A DNA stretch of 63,976 nt, the filler included, from a bacterium (lineage in GTDB: Bacteria > JALSQH01), in the NCBI GenBank assembly GCA_027004335.1. It is 9 parts of 9 records of this genome, joined end to end, with 100 filler letters (N's around TTAATTAATTAA, not from the genome) between each part and the next. Parts side by side here need not be neighbours in the genome. Positions count along the whole stretch, not along the records: positions 1 to 12,721 come from JALTID010000068.1; 8 more parts are not named here. One strand, given 5' to 3'. The translations under genes were made by a program, and so were the position numbers. Below, one piece after another: positions 1 through 9,752 of this stretch. How positions within the stretch are numbered: the first letter of the stretch is position 1; each line of letters begins with the position of its first letter. The notes under the pieces are model-generated. The model did not search any database and was not told the DNA's origin. It saw only the letters and a list, made by a program, of their open reading frames with translations.

Positions 1-1232
1 ATCTTGTAGCCTCTGTATGCAAGGTATGCCATCAGTGGATGAAAAAATAGATAATATCTTGGATTTGCCATAAGGATATGGGCAAATGGTATAAAAATGA
101 CAAAAATTAACCACGCTATTTTAACCTTTTTATCATTTCTTACAATTAACAAACTCCATGGGCTTAATGCTAAAAAAAGAGGCCCATCAATTCCCTGAAT
201 ACCTCTGATGGGTTTTATATAATTCCACAGGAAAAAATTAATAAAATTGAAAAGGATTGATCTCTTTCCACCCGAAAGATTTGCCTTGACTACATCGTGG
301 TTATAAAGGTTTTTTAATCCGAAGAGGGAATTTAAAAAGGGCCATGTAGGATTTCCTGAGACAAGATAATTCCTTATGTACCATGGTAGAATCAGAAGGG
401 TAGAAATGAAAGCAATGATAAAGATTTTTTTGCGTTCTTTTGAAAAAATAAAAAAGACGAGAATTATGAAACTGAAATTTACCAATCCCTGGTATTTTGT
501 GGAGGCCCCAGCAGCGAAAAAAAGTGATGACAAAATCAAAGTCCGAAGAGAAACTACAGGGTCATTGAGAAGAATATACACTCCTCCTAATAGAAATAAT
601 ATCTGTAAGAATCCATTATATCCAAATGGTGCTACAAAATAAACAGCTGGTGTAAGAATAAAAATTGTAACAGGAAGTAAGGAATTTTCATGAAGAAGAT
701 TAAAAAGTATTTTTTTGAAAATGACTGCTGTGATAAAAAGAGAAAGAAATGTCAGCATCAGAGGTCCAGAATCCGCTTTGAGGTAAAGGAGTGGAATGTA
801 AAGTAGATTCCCGAAAATGGTAAAGAGAGAGCCCTCAAAAATAGGATCCCAGTAAAACCCATGTCTTACTATGTACCATTGAGGTATAGTTAGCTGATAT
901 AGGAGGGAATCCACAAATCTATGTGGAGGGGGTAGCGCTATAAAAATAATTGGAAGCATTACAAGCAAGATCTTAATATTATTTTTATCTGGAAGCGATG
1001 ATGTTATTATTTTTTTTGTTATTTTTCCCCCTCCAGGAATAGCAAAAAGATATATTAAGAAAACTTCAGGGAAATATAAAAGATTCATGTGAACTATTAT
1101 AAACAGGTAAAAGCCCCAGATTACCCCACCTAAAAGGAATTTTTCCCATTCTTCTCCATCTTTAAGAATTAAAGCACCTGTTCCATAAAGTGAAAGAGAA
1201 AAGATTATGAAGATAGCTATTTCATACAGCAT
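1..1232 (-). CDS. Multi-pass membrane protein, GT-C/ArnT-like glycosyltransferase family (3' end runs off the window)
   Basis: Not in the ORF track. My minus-strand translation from ATG 1232 gives MLYEIAIFIIFSLSLYGTG...PPPHRFVDSLLYQLTIPQWY...GASTKYQG, with many hydrophobic segments. The Dxx(x)YxL..P and TK motifs resemble GT-C-type proteins. Confidence 0.55.
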   Translation of the reverse strand, partial: MLYEIAIFIIFSLSLYGTGALILKDGEEWEKFLLGGVIWGFYLFIIVHMNLLYFPEVFLIYLFAIPGGGKITKKIITSSLPDKNNIKILLVMLPIIFIALPPPHRFVDSLLYQLTIPQWYIVRHGFYWDPIFEGSLFTIFGNLLYIPLLYLKADSGPLMLTFLSLFITAVIFKKILFNLLHENSLLPVTIFILTPAVYFVAPFGYNGFLQILFLLGGVYILLNDPVVSLRTLILSSLFFAAGASTKYQGLVNFSFIILVFFIFSKERKKIFIIAFISTLLILPWYIRNYLVSGNPTWPFLNSLFGLKNLYNHDVVKANLSGGKRSILFNFINFFLWNYIKPIRGIQGIDGPLFLALSPWSLLIVRNDKKVKIAWLIFVIFIPFAHILMANPRYYLFFHPLMAYLAYRGYK

Positions 1233-1392
1233 TTTTCATAAATATTATTAGCTCTTTTATAAAACATGTTATCTTTGTACAGGATGTGCCCCCCCATTCC
1301 CTGATATCCCAGTAAAAGAGAAAGAAAATCCCTGCCGAAATTATTAAGATTGAAAAGATGTATAAAAAATATCTAATTCCCCTTTTTTCCAT
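1222..1392 (-). CDS. Small single-TM hypothetical protein (~56 aa)
   Basis: ATG overlaps the moaA stop (TAATG) with GGAGG upstream. One hydrophobic helix, and it overlaps the start of the next gene. Confidence 0.5.
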   Translation of the reverse strand: MEKRGIRYFLYIFSILIISAGIFFLFYWDIREWGGTSCTKITCFIKELIIFMKNAV

Positions 1393-2375
1393 TATCCTCC
1401 CAGGTAATTCATTGGACATGGCATGGAAGTCTCCTTATTTTCAAGCAGAGGATTTATTCTTGGTTTTTTATCAATTGCTCCTTTTATAATTTTCAGAAGG
1501 GTTTCTCTATCTGCTCCTTTTCTGATTGGTGTTTTGATATCAACCATCTCCCTTGAAAAGAGACATGGTCTGAGGAATCCGTTGGAGGTGAGTCTCATCC
1601 TGTTGCAATTCTCACAGAAATGAGCTGTCATGGGAGTTATTATTCCCCACTCACCTTCTGCATTTTCTACTTTGAATTTTTTGGCCACCCCGTTAGAGGG
1701 TAATTCCTTTATCTCAAAAGATTTTCCTATCTCTTTTATAATTGTTTCTCCATCTAACAGGTACTTTTCCCTTGTTTCTAAAGTTACATTTCCGAATGGC
1801 ATATATTCAATAAATCTCACTTCCCATGGATTATCTAAAGTCAATTTGACAAAATCCTGAATTTCAGCATCATTTATTCCCTTCATTACTACCACATTTA
1901 ATTTGATCTTCCTAAAAGGGATCTTTTTAATAGCATCAAGTGATTTTTGAACATCATTAAAGTGATCCCTTCTGGTTATTTTTTTAAATATTTCTGGATT
2001 CAGTGTGTCAATTCCTATATTGATCCTCTCCATGCCTGCATTGTAAAGTTCTTTCCCATACTTCCATAGAAGGGTTCCATTGGTTGTCATGGTGAGTTCT
2101 GCTTTTTTTCCTACACTCTCCGAAAGCATCTTCACCAATTCTACTACTCCCTTTCTTACCAAAGGTTCTCCACCAGTGAGTCTTATCTTTTTGACTCCTT
2201 CCTCAACAAAAATTTCTGCGATCCTGATTATTTCTTTAAATCTGAGTATTTCTTCATGGGGAACGAATTTTATTCCTGTTTCAGGCATGCAGTAAATACA
2301 CCTCAGGTTACATCTGTCAGTTACGGAAATTCTGAGATATGTTATTTCTCTTCCAAATCTGTCAATTAAGCTCAT
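1392..2375 (-). CDS. moaA: GTP 3',8-cyclase MoaA
   Basis: D.FGR.I.YLRISVTDRCNLRCIYC radical SAM motif, GGEPL, C-terminal CENCNRMRL...PC cluster and terminal GG. Confidence 0.96.
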   Translation of the reverse strand: MSLIDRFGREITYLRISVTDRCNLRCIYCMPETGIKFVPHEEILRFKEIIRIAEIFVEEGVKKIRLTGGEPLVRKGVVELVKMLSESVGKKAELTMTTNGTLLWKYGKELYNAGMERINIGIDTLNPEIFKKITRRDHFNDVQKSLDAIKKIPFRKIKLNVVVMKGINDAEIQDFVKLTLDNPWEVRFIEYMPFGNVTLETREKYLLDGETIIKEIGKSFEIKELPSNGVAKKFKVENAEGEWGIITPMTAHFCENCNRMRLTSNGFLRPCLFSREMVDIKTPIRKGADRETLLKIIKGAIDKKPRINPLLENKETSMPCPMNYLGG

Positions 2376-4972
2376 AATCCCATGTTATCAATTATATTCT
2401 CATCTTCTTTTTCCTCTTTCTCAATATGGGAATACTGAGTTGGTTCACTTCCCTTCGCGAACGGGAGCAAACGAGGATAGGGGGTTAGTTCTGTGGCAAG
2501 AAGGCCTGTTTTAGGATCAATTCTTCTGAATACAATTCCCGGGGGAATGGGAAAATCTTTTTCAGGAATGTCTTTTGTAATTTTTTTCATGAAATCTACC
2601 CAGATTGGAGTAGCAACTATTCCACCTGTTTCATACACCCCCAAAGATTTTTCCTGATCATATCCGACCCATATACCACATACTAACTGAGGGATGTATC
2701 CTATGTACCATGCGTCAATATGGTCGTTGGTTGTGCCAGTTTTACCGGCAGAAACTCTTCCGATTTCCCTTGCCCTCCACCCTGTTCCATGTTTTACTAC
2801 ATTTTCTAACATAAAATTCATCAGGTAAGAATAATTTGGAGCAAGAATCTTTTTGCCACATGGCGGTTTTTCGGGATAAAGGATATTTGCAGAATATTCT
2901 TTTTTATATATAACCTTCCCATCTCCTCTGACAATTTTTGTAATATCTCCCATGTTTATTCTGTATCCATAATTTGCAAAAGCTGAGTATGCTCTTACGA
3001 GTTCCCAGAGATAAAGTGCTGACGAGCCCAGAGCCATGGAGAGGTCAGGGTTTAATTTGGAAACTATTCCTACCTTTCTTGCCGTCCTTGCAATGGGTGT
3101 TAAACCTATATCCTGCGCTATTCTCACTGTAACTATGTTTTTGGAGAATGTCAGAGCATCAATAAAGAGCATCGTTCCTTTAAATCCGCCGCTATAGTTG
3201 TGAGGTCTCCACTCCTCGGTGGTATTTTCCATTTCATAAACTACAGGGATGTCTTTTAATAAAGACGCAGGGGTATATCCATTCTGCAGAGCGGCACTGT
3301 ATACAATTGGCTTAAAGGCAGATCCAACCTGTCTGTGAGCCTGAAACACATGATTGAACTGGCTTCTTTTAAAATCGTACCCCCCCACAGCTACTCTTAT
3401 TGCCCCTGTGTAGGGATCAGCAGCTAAAATGGCTCCTTCTATTTCTGGTTCTTGATCAAGAGAGAGAGGTATGAAGTTTAGAGTTTTGCCCTTATATTTT
3501 GAAAAAAAGTATTTGAATACTTTTTTCCATTCCTGGTATTTTTCTTTTGTTTCTTTGTCCTTTTCGCTATAGTCAGATTGGGGATCTATCACTCTCACTT
3601 CAATTACATCTCCTATCTTGAGTATCTCAGAAATATTATTAACCTTTCTCTCCCACCATGGTGTTTCTGGGTCAGGTTTTCTTGCCCATCTAACTTCTAC
3701 GCCGGGGAGTATTCCCTGATATGACCCAATCATCACATGAGCAATATTGTGTTTTTTATCCACCTTGATTATAAGTCCTGTATAGTCCTTGTGAAGTTTA
3801 AGAAGAGTCCCTTTGAGAAAGTCTGGAGTCTGAGTGTAAATTTTATCTTTTAGGCCGAGAAAGGAAACAGGATCAGTAACTTTTTTTCCCGAGGAGTCGA
3901 TTATAACAGCAATATTTCCCAGAAGCTCTCTTTTTCTTTCCTCTAAAAGGTGCTCCTGTTCCTTTTGGAGAAATTCTTTCCAGTCTTCTTCATTAACAGT
4001 GGTTATAGCTCCACGGTATCCGATTCTCTTATCCACTGTTTTTAGTCCCTTCTTAAGTGATTCAACAGCTTTTTTCTGCCACTGAATGTTGTATGTGGTG
4101 TAAATTTTATATCCACCCTTCAGGAAATTTTCTTCTCCTAATTCCTTGATGATTTCTCTTCTTACTTTTTCCGTCGCATAGGGGGCAACTGTCATATATT
4201 GATTTTCATACCTCCTTATTATGAGAGGTTCTGTTATAGCTTTTTGGTACTCTTTTTCTGTTATCCAGTGATTTTCTTTAAGCATTTTTAGCACATAGAG
4301 CTGCCTTCTTTTTGCCATCTCAGGGTTTTTGACGGGGGAGAACTTACTTGGTGCTTTCGGAAGACCAGCAAGAAGAGCAGCCTCTGCAATAGTTAGGTCT
4401 GTTACGCTTTTGTTAAAATAAGTTTCCGCAGCGGCTTCAGCTCCATATGCACCATTTCCGAGATAGACAAGATTTATATAAAGTTCCAGAATCTTATCCT
4501 TGGAAAGATATTTTTCAAGCTTGTACGCAAGATACATCTCCTTTATTTTTCTTGAGAAACTCCTTCTGGGGGAAAGGAGAAGCAATTTTGTAACCTGCTG
4601 GGTTATGGTGCTCCCCCCCTGGACGATTTTGCCAGCTTCAAGATCTTTTATTGCTGCTCTTAAAATTCCTTTAAAGTCAAGTCCCATATGCTCATAAAAT
4701 CTTGCGTCTTCTGCTGCCATGAAAGCTTTTTTTACCATATCAGGAATAGCATCAAATTTGACCCACTTTCTTCTTTCTAAAAAAAATTCTCCCATAATTT
4801 TTCCATCTGATGAAATAATCTGGGAAGTTAATGGAGGTGAGTAATGTTTTACCTTTTCAATTGATGGAACCCCCATAAGTACCCTGTAAACAATCACGCC
4901 GGCTACCAACAATGCGAAGAGAAAGAACCCAGTTATTGAAAAAAAGATAACAAAGATCTTGCTTTTTTTCAT
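2372..4972 (-). CDS. mrcA: Penicillin-binding protein 1A (class A PBP with OB insertion)
   Basis: N-terminal TM, GT51 motifs EDARFYEH and GGSTITQQ, transpeptidase motifs SAFK, SKN and KTGT. Confidence 0.93.
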   Translation of the reverse strand: MKKSKIFVIFFSITGFFLFALLVAGVIVYRVLMGVPSIEKVKHYSPPLTSQIISSDGKIMGEFFLERRKWVKFDAIPDMVKKAFMAAEDARFYEHMGLDFKGILRAAIKDLEAGKIVQGGSTITQQVTKLLLLSPRRSFSRKIKEMYLAYKLEKYLSKDKILELYINLVYLGNGAYGAEAAAETYFNKSVTDLTIAEAALLAGLPKAPSKFSPVKNPEMAKRRQLYVLKMLKENHWITEKEYQKAITEPLIIRRYENQYMTVAPYATEKVRREIIKELGEENFLKGGYKIYTTYNIQWQKKAVESLKKGLKTVDKRIGYRGAITTVNEEDWKEFLQKEQEHLLEERKRELLGNIAVIIDSSGKKVTDPVSFLGLKDKIYTQTPDFLKGTLLKLHKDYTGLIIKVDKKHNIAHVMIGSYQGILPGVEVRWARKPDPETPWWERKVNNISEILKIGDVIEVRVIDPQSDYSEKDKETKEKYQEWKKVFKYFFSKYKGKTLNFIPLSLDQEPEIEGAILAADPYTGAIRVAVGGYDFKRSQFNHVFQAHRQVGSAFKPIVYSAALQNGYTPASLLKDIPVVYEMENTTEEWRPHNYSGGFKGTMLFIDALTFSKNIVTVRIAQDIGLTPIARTARKVGIVSKLNPDLSMALGSSALYLWELVRAYSAFANYGYRINMGDITKIVRGDGKVIYKKEYSANILYPEKPPCGKKILAPNYSYLMNFMLENVVKHGTGWRAREIGRVSAGKTGTTNDHIDAWYIGYIPQLVCGIWVGYDQEKSLGVYETGGIVATPIWVDFMKKITKDIPEKDFPIPPGIVFRRIDPKTGLLATELTPYPRLLPFAKGSEPTQYSHIEKEEKEDENIIDNMGL

Positions 4973-5043
4973 AACAACCTGCTCATCTGAAATATTATAG
5001 AATGTTAGAATCTTTTTTCAAAGGTTGATAAAATAGAGGGGCG

Positions 5044-5766
5044 ATGAAGGTGGATTTTTTTGCGAGATGGGTGAGGATCCTCAGAGTCCCCCCGTTGAGA
5101 ATTCTGTTGGAGGATATGTACTATCTCGGAGTACTCAGTCTCCCTGTAATGCTTTTAGTTGCTGGATTTGCGGGAATGACCTCTGCTATTGAATTTTACA
5201 ACACCTTTAATAAAATAGGTGGAACATATACTGTGGGCATTTTTATAACTTATGCTGCCTTGAGAGAGCTTGGTCCTCTCCTTGCTGCTGCTGTTGTTGC
5301 AGGGAAAGGTGCAGCTATGCTAACTTCCATGATTGCATATATGAAATACTCTGGACAGATCAAGGCCCTTGAATCAATGGGGATCAATCCTCTCTTTTAT
5401 GTTGTCAGTCCTGCTATCTGGGCCGGAATTATAATAACCCCGCTGATGGTTATTATTTCAGATTTTACCATTATCACTTCTTCTCTTATTACCTATGTGT
5501 GGCAGCTCCATGGGAGTATTGGCACCTTCTACAAGAATTTTGTAGATTACTCAGATTTCAAAGATCTCATTTATGGATTGATGAAAGGTGGAGTTTTTGG
5601 ATTTCTATTAGGGATAATTTCCTCTATTGCAGGGTTGAGATCAAAAGGTAGCCAAGAAGGAATCGGTAATGCAACACGAATTGCGGTTGTTTACATAATA
5701 ATTGCTGTGCTTGTAACTGATGTTGTTCTTTCTCTCATTTTTTATGGAAGCATGTATATAAGATGA
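5044..5766 (+). CDS. mlaE: MlaE-family ABC transporter permease
   Basis: RELGPLLAA, 'QIKALESMGINP', 'G...IGNAT..AVV' motifs of MlaE/DUF140. Confidence 0.8.
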   Translation: MKVDFFARWVRILRVPPLRILLEDMYYLGVLSLPVMLLVAGFAGMTSAIEFYNTFNKIGGTYTVGIFITYAALRELGPLLAAAVVAGKGAAMLTSMIAYMKYSGQIKALESMGINPLFYVVSPAIWAGIIITPLMVIISDFTIITSSLITYVWQLHGSIGTFYKNFVDYSDFKDLIYGLMKGGVFGFLLGIISSIAGLRSKGSQEGIGNATRIAVVYIIIAVLVTDVVLSLIFYGSMYIR

Positions 5767-6578
5767 AGTTTATGAGAGAAGCTATTAAAAAGATTATCTG
5801 GTTGGTGAATCTGATTTTTTCAGAAAAGATGTTTTCTTATGCTTCTTCTCTTAGTTTCAATATACTATTTGTAGTAATACCTACAACTCTACTTCTTTTT
5901 TCAATGGGGAGCTTTTTTCTTGACATCAGGAAAGATATTGTGGCTCAGATCATGCAGTTTGTGAAAGAACAAATTCCATTTATTGAACCTTTTGTCAGAC
6001 AGAATTTGCAAATCTTAATGGTTAAAGGGAAATGGTTGGGATTGGCAAGTATTATTGCTCTCCTCTGGACAACTTCCAGATTGTTTCTAAATTTCAGATT
6101 GATTCTCTTTGAAATTTTTTCCCTTGAGCCCCCAAAAAACAGGTATCTTTACAGGATAAAAGAGATTGCTTCGGTAGGAGTCCTTGCTGTTCTGATTATA
6201 CTTTTTATTTTTATAAATTCGCTGAGCCTTTCTCTCAAAATAGCTGCTCAACATTCTCTTTTTTCTTTCCTTACTGTTCCACTCCTTGGGGAATCAATTT
6301 ATCTTCTTGATGCTTTTTTAATGAGCATTTTTATTTATATGTCAGTTCTGGGACATAGAGTACCATTTAGATCGGCTCTCTGGGGAGCTGGACTCTCCAC
6401 TTTTTTTCTTGAGTTGATGAAACTTATTTACAAGTTCTTTATAGTTTATGCATGGAAGAATAAGACCATTTATGGCTCTCTCTGGATTTTTCTTGCATTC
6501 TTTATATGGATATATTACTCTACCCTTGGTTTTGTTGTAGGTAGTGAGCTGGCAAGCATAAAGAGGGGGCATAAGTAA
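5763..6578 (+). CDS. YihY/BrkB family membrane protein
   Basis: ASSLSF near the N-terminus, 'YGSL...F..WIYY...G.EL' at the C-terminus, 6 TM pattern. Confidence 0.8.
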   Translation: MKFMREAIKKIIWLVNLIFSEKMFSYASSLSFNILFVVIPTTLLLFSMGSFFLDIRKDIVAQIMQFVKEQIPFIEPFVRQNLQILMVKGKWLGLASIIALLWTTSRLFLNFRLILFEIFSLEPPKNRYLYRIKEIASVGVLAVLIILFIFINSLSLSLKIAAQHSLFSFLTVPLLGESIYLLDAFLMSIFIYMSVLGHRVPFRSALWGAGLSTFFLELMKLIYKFFIVYAWKNKTIYGSLWIFLAFFIWIYYSTLGFVVGSELASIKRGHK

Positions 6579-7169
6579 ATGTGTCCAGGCGTACCCTTAT
6601 GGTTTGCAATAGGATATTTCTCTGGGGCCATTCCCTTCGGGTATCTGGTTGTAAAGTGGAAAAGGGGAATTGATATAAGAAGTGCTGGCAGCGGGAATAT
6701 AGGAGCTACGAATGTTTATAGGATATTGGGGATTAAATGGGGTATTATTACTTTTATTCTGGATGCGTTAAAAGGTTTTGCTCCTCTTTTTGCTGCAAAA
6801 TTTTATCTACCTGCTCCCCAGATTTACATAGTTGCTCTTTCTCCATTTGTTGGACATTGTTACACACTTTTTTTAAAGGGAAAAGGAGGAAAAGGGGTGG
6901 CTACTTCAGCGGGAATTCTACTTGCTATAGCCCCCCTCTCATTTGTTGCTTCCCTTATTATATGGCTGCTGGTGGTCCTTATTTTTAAGGTTTCTTCCAT
7001 TGGAGCATTAAGTGCAGCAGTTTTTCTACCTGTTTTTACGCACTTAATATATCATCATAAGCAGCTTACTGTTTTTGTTACCTTACTTGCTCTCTGGGTG
7101 ATTGTCAGGCATAGTGACAATATAAAAAGATTAAAAAAGGGAGAAGAGGAGACAAAGAAGATTGAATGA
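6579..7169 (+). CDS. plsY: Glycerol-3-phosphate acyltransferase PlsY
   Basis: GSGNIGATN, LDALKG, GH...KGGKGVATSAG and RH.DNI.RL motifs. Confidence 0.95.
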   Translation: MCPGVPLWFAIGYFSGAIPFGYLVVKWKRGIDIRSAGSGNIGATNVYRILGIKWGIITFILDALKGFAPLFAAKFYLPAPQIYIVALSPFVGHCYTLFLKGKGGKGVATSAGILLAIAPLSFVASLIIWLLVVLIFKVSSIGALSAAVFLPVFTHLIYHHKQLTVFVTLLALWVIVRHSDNIKRLKKGEEETKKIE

Positions 7170-7247
7170 TTTTTCTAAAAAAATATTACCTGATATTTAC
7201 TTATCTTACCTTTGTTGGTATAATGTAGAAAAAAATGGAGAGAGGAG

Positions 7248-7748
7248 ATGAACTACGGATCAAATAAGTTTAAAAGAAGCACGGTAAAGTTTGTTATGGG
7301 GCTTCTTGGGAAGGCCCTTGAAAAAGTTTCAACGGTTGATGAGGAGGTAAGGAATGAGGCTGGAGCCCTTCCAGATGGGTTTATAGCAGTTATGACAATT
7401 CTTCCCAATGGACCTTCCATGAGAGCGAAGAAGGAAGGTGATCATTTCAAATATCTTGGGACCTCAAATCTTAGGGAAGATGGGGATCTGGTTGTTATGT
7501 TTAAGAATCTTGAATCAGCTTTTATGATTCTCACAGGACAGTTAAGTACTCACCGAGCTTATGCTCAACACAGGGTCAGTGTAAAAGGGGATATTGTAAA
7601 AGCAATGATATTTACCAGATGTCTTAATGTAGTTCAGGCATATCTTTTCCCTGGTCCCCTTGCGAATCTTGTTTTAAAAAGGAAACTACCTATGCCTCTT
7701 AACAGACAGTTGAAGAGACTTCAGGTTTTTCTTACACTCCCTTTTTAA
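7248..7748 (+). CDS. Hypothetical protein, possible SCP2 sterol-carrier-like fold
   Basis: Good RBS (GAGGAG). 'A.AQHRVSVKGDI' resembles the SCP2 C-terminal 'A...GKL.V.GD' pattern. Confidence 0.5.
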   Translation: MNYGSNKFKRSTVKFVMGLLGKALEKVSTVDEEVRNEAGALPDGFIAVMTILPNGPSMRAKKEGDHFKYLGTSNLREDGDLVVMFKNLESAFMILTGQLSTHRAYAQHRVSVKGDIVKAMIFTRCLNVVQAYLFPGPLANLVLKRKLPMPLNRQLKRLQVFLTLPF

Positions 7749-7767
7749 AAATGATAAGGAGGTAAAA

Positions 7768-8958
7768 ATGTTACCAGAATATTTTGAGTTTTTTGCACCT
7801 GTAAAAATTGTTTCAGGTAAAAAAGCTGTTGAGAATCTTCCATATGAGCTTGACCAGTTACAGGCAAAGAGGCCCTTTATTGTGACTGATAAAGGAATAG
7901 AACAGGCTGGTTTGATTGATATTATTAGAAAGGCCATGGATGCGGGGGAGATGGAGATAGGAGCTGTTTTTGATGGAACTCCACCCGATTCCTCCATCGC
8001 GGTGGTAAATGAGGCAGCTAAGATTTACAAAGATAATAATTGTGATTCCATAGTAGCGGTTGGTGGTGGTTCTGTTATTGATACTGCAAAAGGGATTAAC
8101 ATTGTTATAACTGAAGGTGTAGATGATATTTCAAAATTGATGGGTGCAGAAGTTCTGAAAAAACCTATGAAACCCTTTATTGTGATTCCCACAACCGCAG
8201 GTACAGGTTCTGAGGTAACTCTTGTTGCTATGATAAGTAATCCCGAGGAAGATGTTAAGATGCCTTTTACTTCCTATAGACTTTTTCCCAATGCTGCAAT
8301 AATTGATCCAAGAATGACTATGACCATGCCACCCAAAATAACCGCTGCTACAGGAATGGATGCTCTAACTCATGCTATTGAAGCTTATTATTGTAACCAG
8401 AAAAATCCTTTCAGTGACGCCTATGCTATAACTGCGATTAAAATGATCTCACAGTATCTTGCGAGGGCGGTAAAGAATGGCAAAGATGAAGAGGCGAGAT
8501 ATGTGATGGCGAATGCAGCAACTATCGCTGGAATTGCCTTTTCTAATTCTATGGTAGGGGCTATTCATAGTTTAGGTCACGCAACAGGGGGTGTAGCTCA
8601 TGTTCCACATGGCGTTGCAATGTCAATTTTTCTTCCTGTTGGACTTGAATATAATATTCCCAAGTCAGGGAAGTATATTGGTGAGTTGCTTCTCTACTTT
8701 GCGGGACCTGAGGAATATGCTAAAACCCGGGAGGATCAGAGACCGTATAGATTGATAGAGCTCATAAATAAGCTCAGGGAAGAGCTACATGAACTTTCTG
8801 GATTACCTCTTACCCTGAAGGAGGCCGGTGTCAAAGAGGATCAATTTGAGGAGATAGCAGAACATACTCTTAATGATGGAGCATTGATGTTTAATCCCAG
8901 AGACTTAAACAAAGAAGAGGCACTGGAGCTTGTTAAGAAGGCCTACTACGGTAAATGA
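7768..8958 (+). CDS. Iron-containing alcohol dehydrogenase
   Basis: GGGSVID.AK, PTTAGTGSE, DALTHAIE, H..GH...H..HG metal ligands. Confidence 0.93.
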   Translation: MLPEYFEFFAPVKIVSGKKAVENLPYELDQLQAKRPFIVTDKGIEQAGLIDIIRKAMDAGEMEIGAVFDGTPPDSSIAVVNEAAKIYKDNNCDSIVAVGGGSVIDTAKGINIVITEGVDDISKLMGAEVLKKPMKPFIVIPTTAGTGSEVTLVAMISNPEEDVKMPFTSYRLFPNAAIIDPRMTMTMPPKITAATGMDALTHAIEAYYCNQKNPFSDAYAITAIKMISQYLARAVKNGKDEEARYVMANAATIAGIAFSNSMVGAIHSLGHATGGVAHVPHGVAMSIFLPVGLEYNIPKSGKYIGELLLYFAGPEEYAKTREDQRPYRLIELINKLREELHELSGLPLTLKEAGVKEDQFEEIAEHTLNDGALMFNPRDLNKEEALELVKKAYYGK

Positions 8959-9752
8959 TTGATTCTCATTGCCATCTGAATGATGAGAGGTTTGATCCTG
9001 ACAGGGATGAGGTAATAAACAGGGCGAAAGAAACAGGTCTTATTTATCTTGTGAATATCGGAAGTGGATATGGGGTTGAGGGGAATTATAAATCTCTTGA
9101 AATTGCAAGGGGAGAATCAGGTTATATATTTGTAACCACTGGCATCCATCCCCATAATACGAAATTATGGAGTAAAAAACTTGATGCTGAACTAAGAAAA
9201 TTTATTGAAGAAAATAGAGACATCATAGTAGCTATAGGGGAGGTTGGTCTTGATTACCATTACAATTTCAGTTCCCCTGAGGTTCAAAAGCATGTATTTA
9301 AAAAAATGATAGCTCTTGCCAGAGAGTATGAACTTCCCCTTGTAATTCATTCCCGTGAAGCTGAGCTGGATACTTTTAATATTTTAAAAGAAGAAGGAGC
9401 CAAGGAAGTCGGGGGGGTAATGCACTGCTTCTCAGGAGATTACAATCTTGCAATGAAGTATATAGAGGAACTTGGTTTTTTTATTTCAATCTCTGGAGTT
9501 GTAACTTTTAAAAAAGCAGCAAAAACCATGGAAGTTGCAGAGAAGGTACCACTAAAATGGTTATTTGCTGAGACTGATTCCCCCTATCTCGCGCCGGTTC
9601 CTTACCGTGGCAGGAGAAATGAACCTTCCTATGTAAGATTCGTTTACGAAAAAATAGCTTCTCTTAGAGAAATACCTCTGGAGGAGGTAGAAAGGGAAGT
9701 AGACCGGAATGTGATTAACTTTTTTTCTCTTCCCCCACACAATTCTTTATAA
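8955..9752 (+). CDS. tatD: TatD family hydrolase
   Basis: MIDSHCH, GIHPH, GEVGLD, IHSRE, HCFSG, ETDSPYLAP. Confidence 0.94.
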   Translation: MIDSHCHLNDERFDPDRDEVINRAKETGLIYLVNIGSGYGVEGNYKSLEIARGESGYIFVTTGIHPHNTKLWSKKLDAELRKFIEENRDIIVAIGEVGLDYHYNFSSPEVQKHVFKKMIALAREYELPLVIHSREAELDTFNILKEEGAKEVGGVMHCFSGDYNLAMKYIEELGFFISISGVVTFKKAAKTMEVAEKVPLKWLFAETDSPYLAPVPYRGRRNEPSYVRFVYEKIASLREIPLEEVEREVDRNVINFFSLPPHNSL

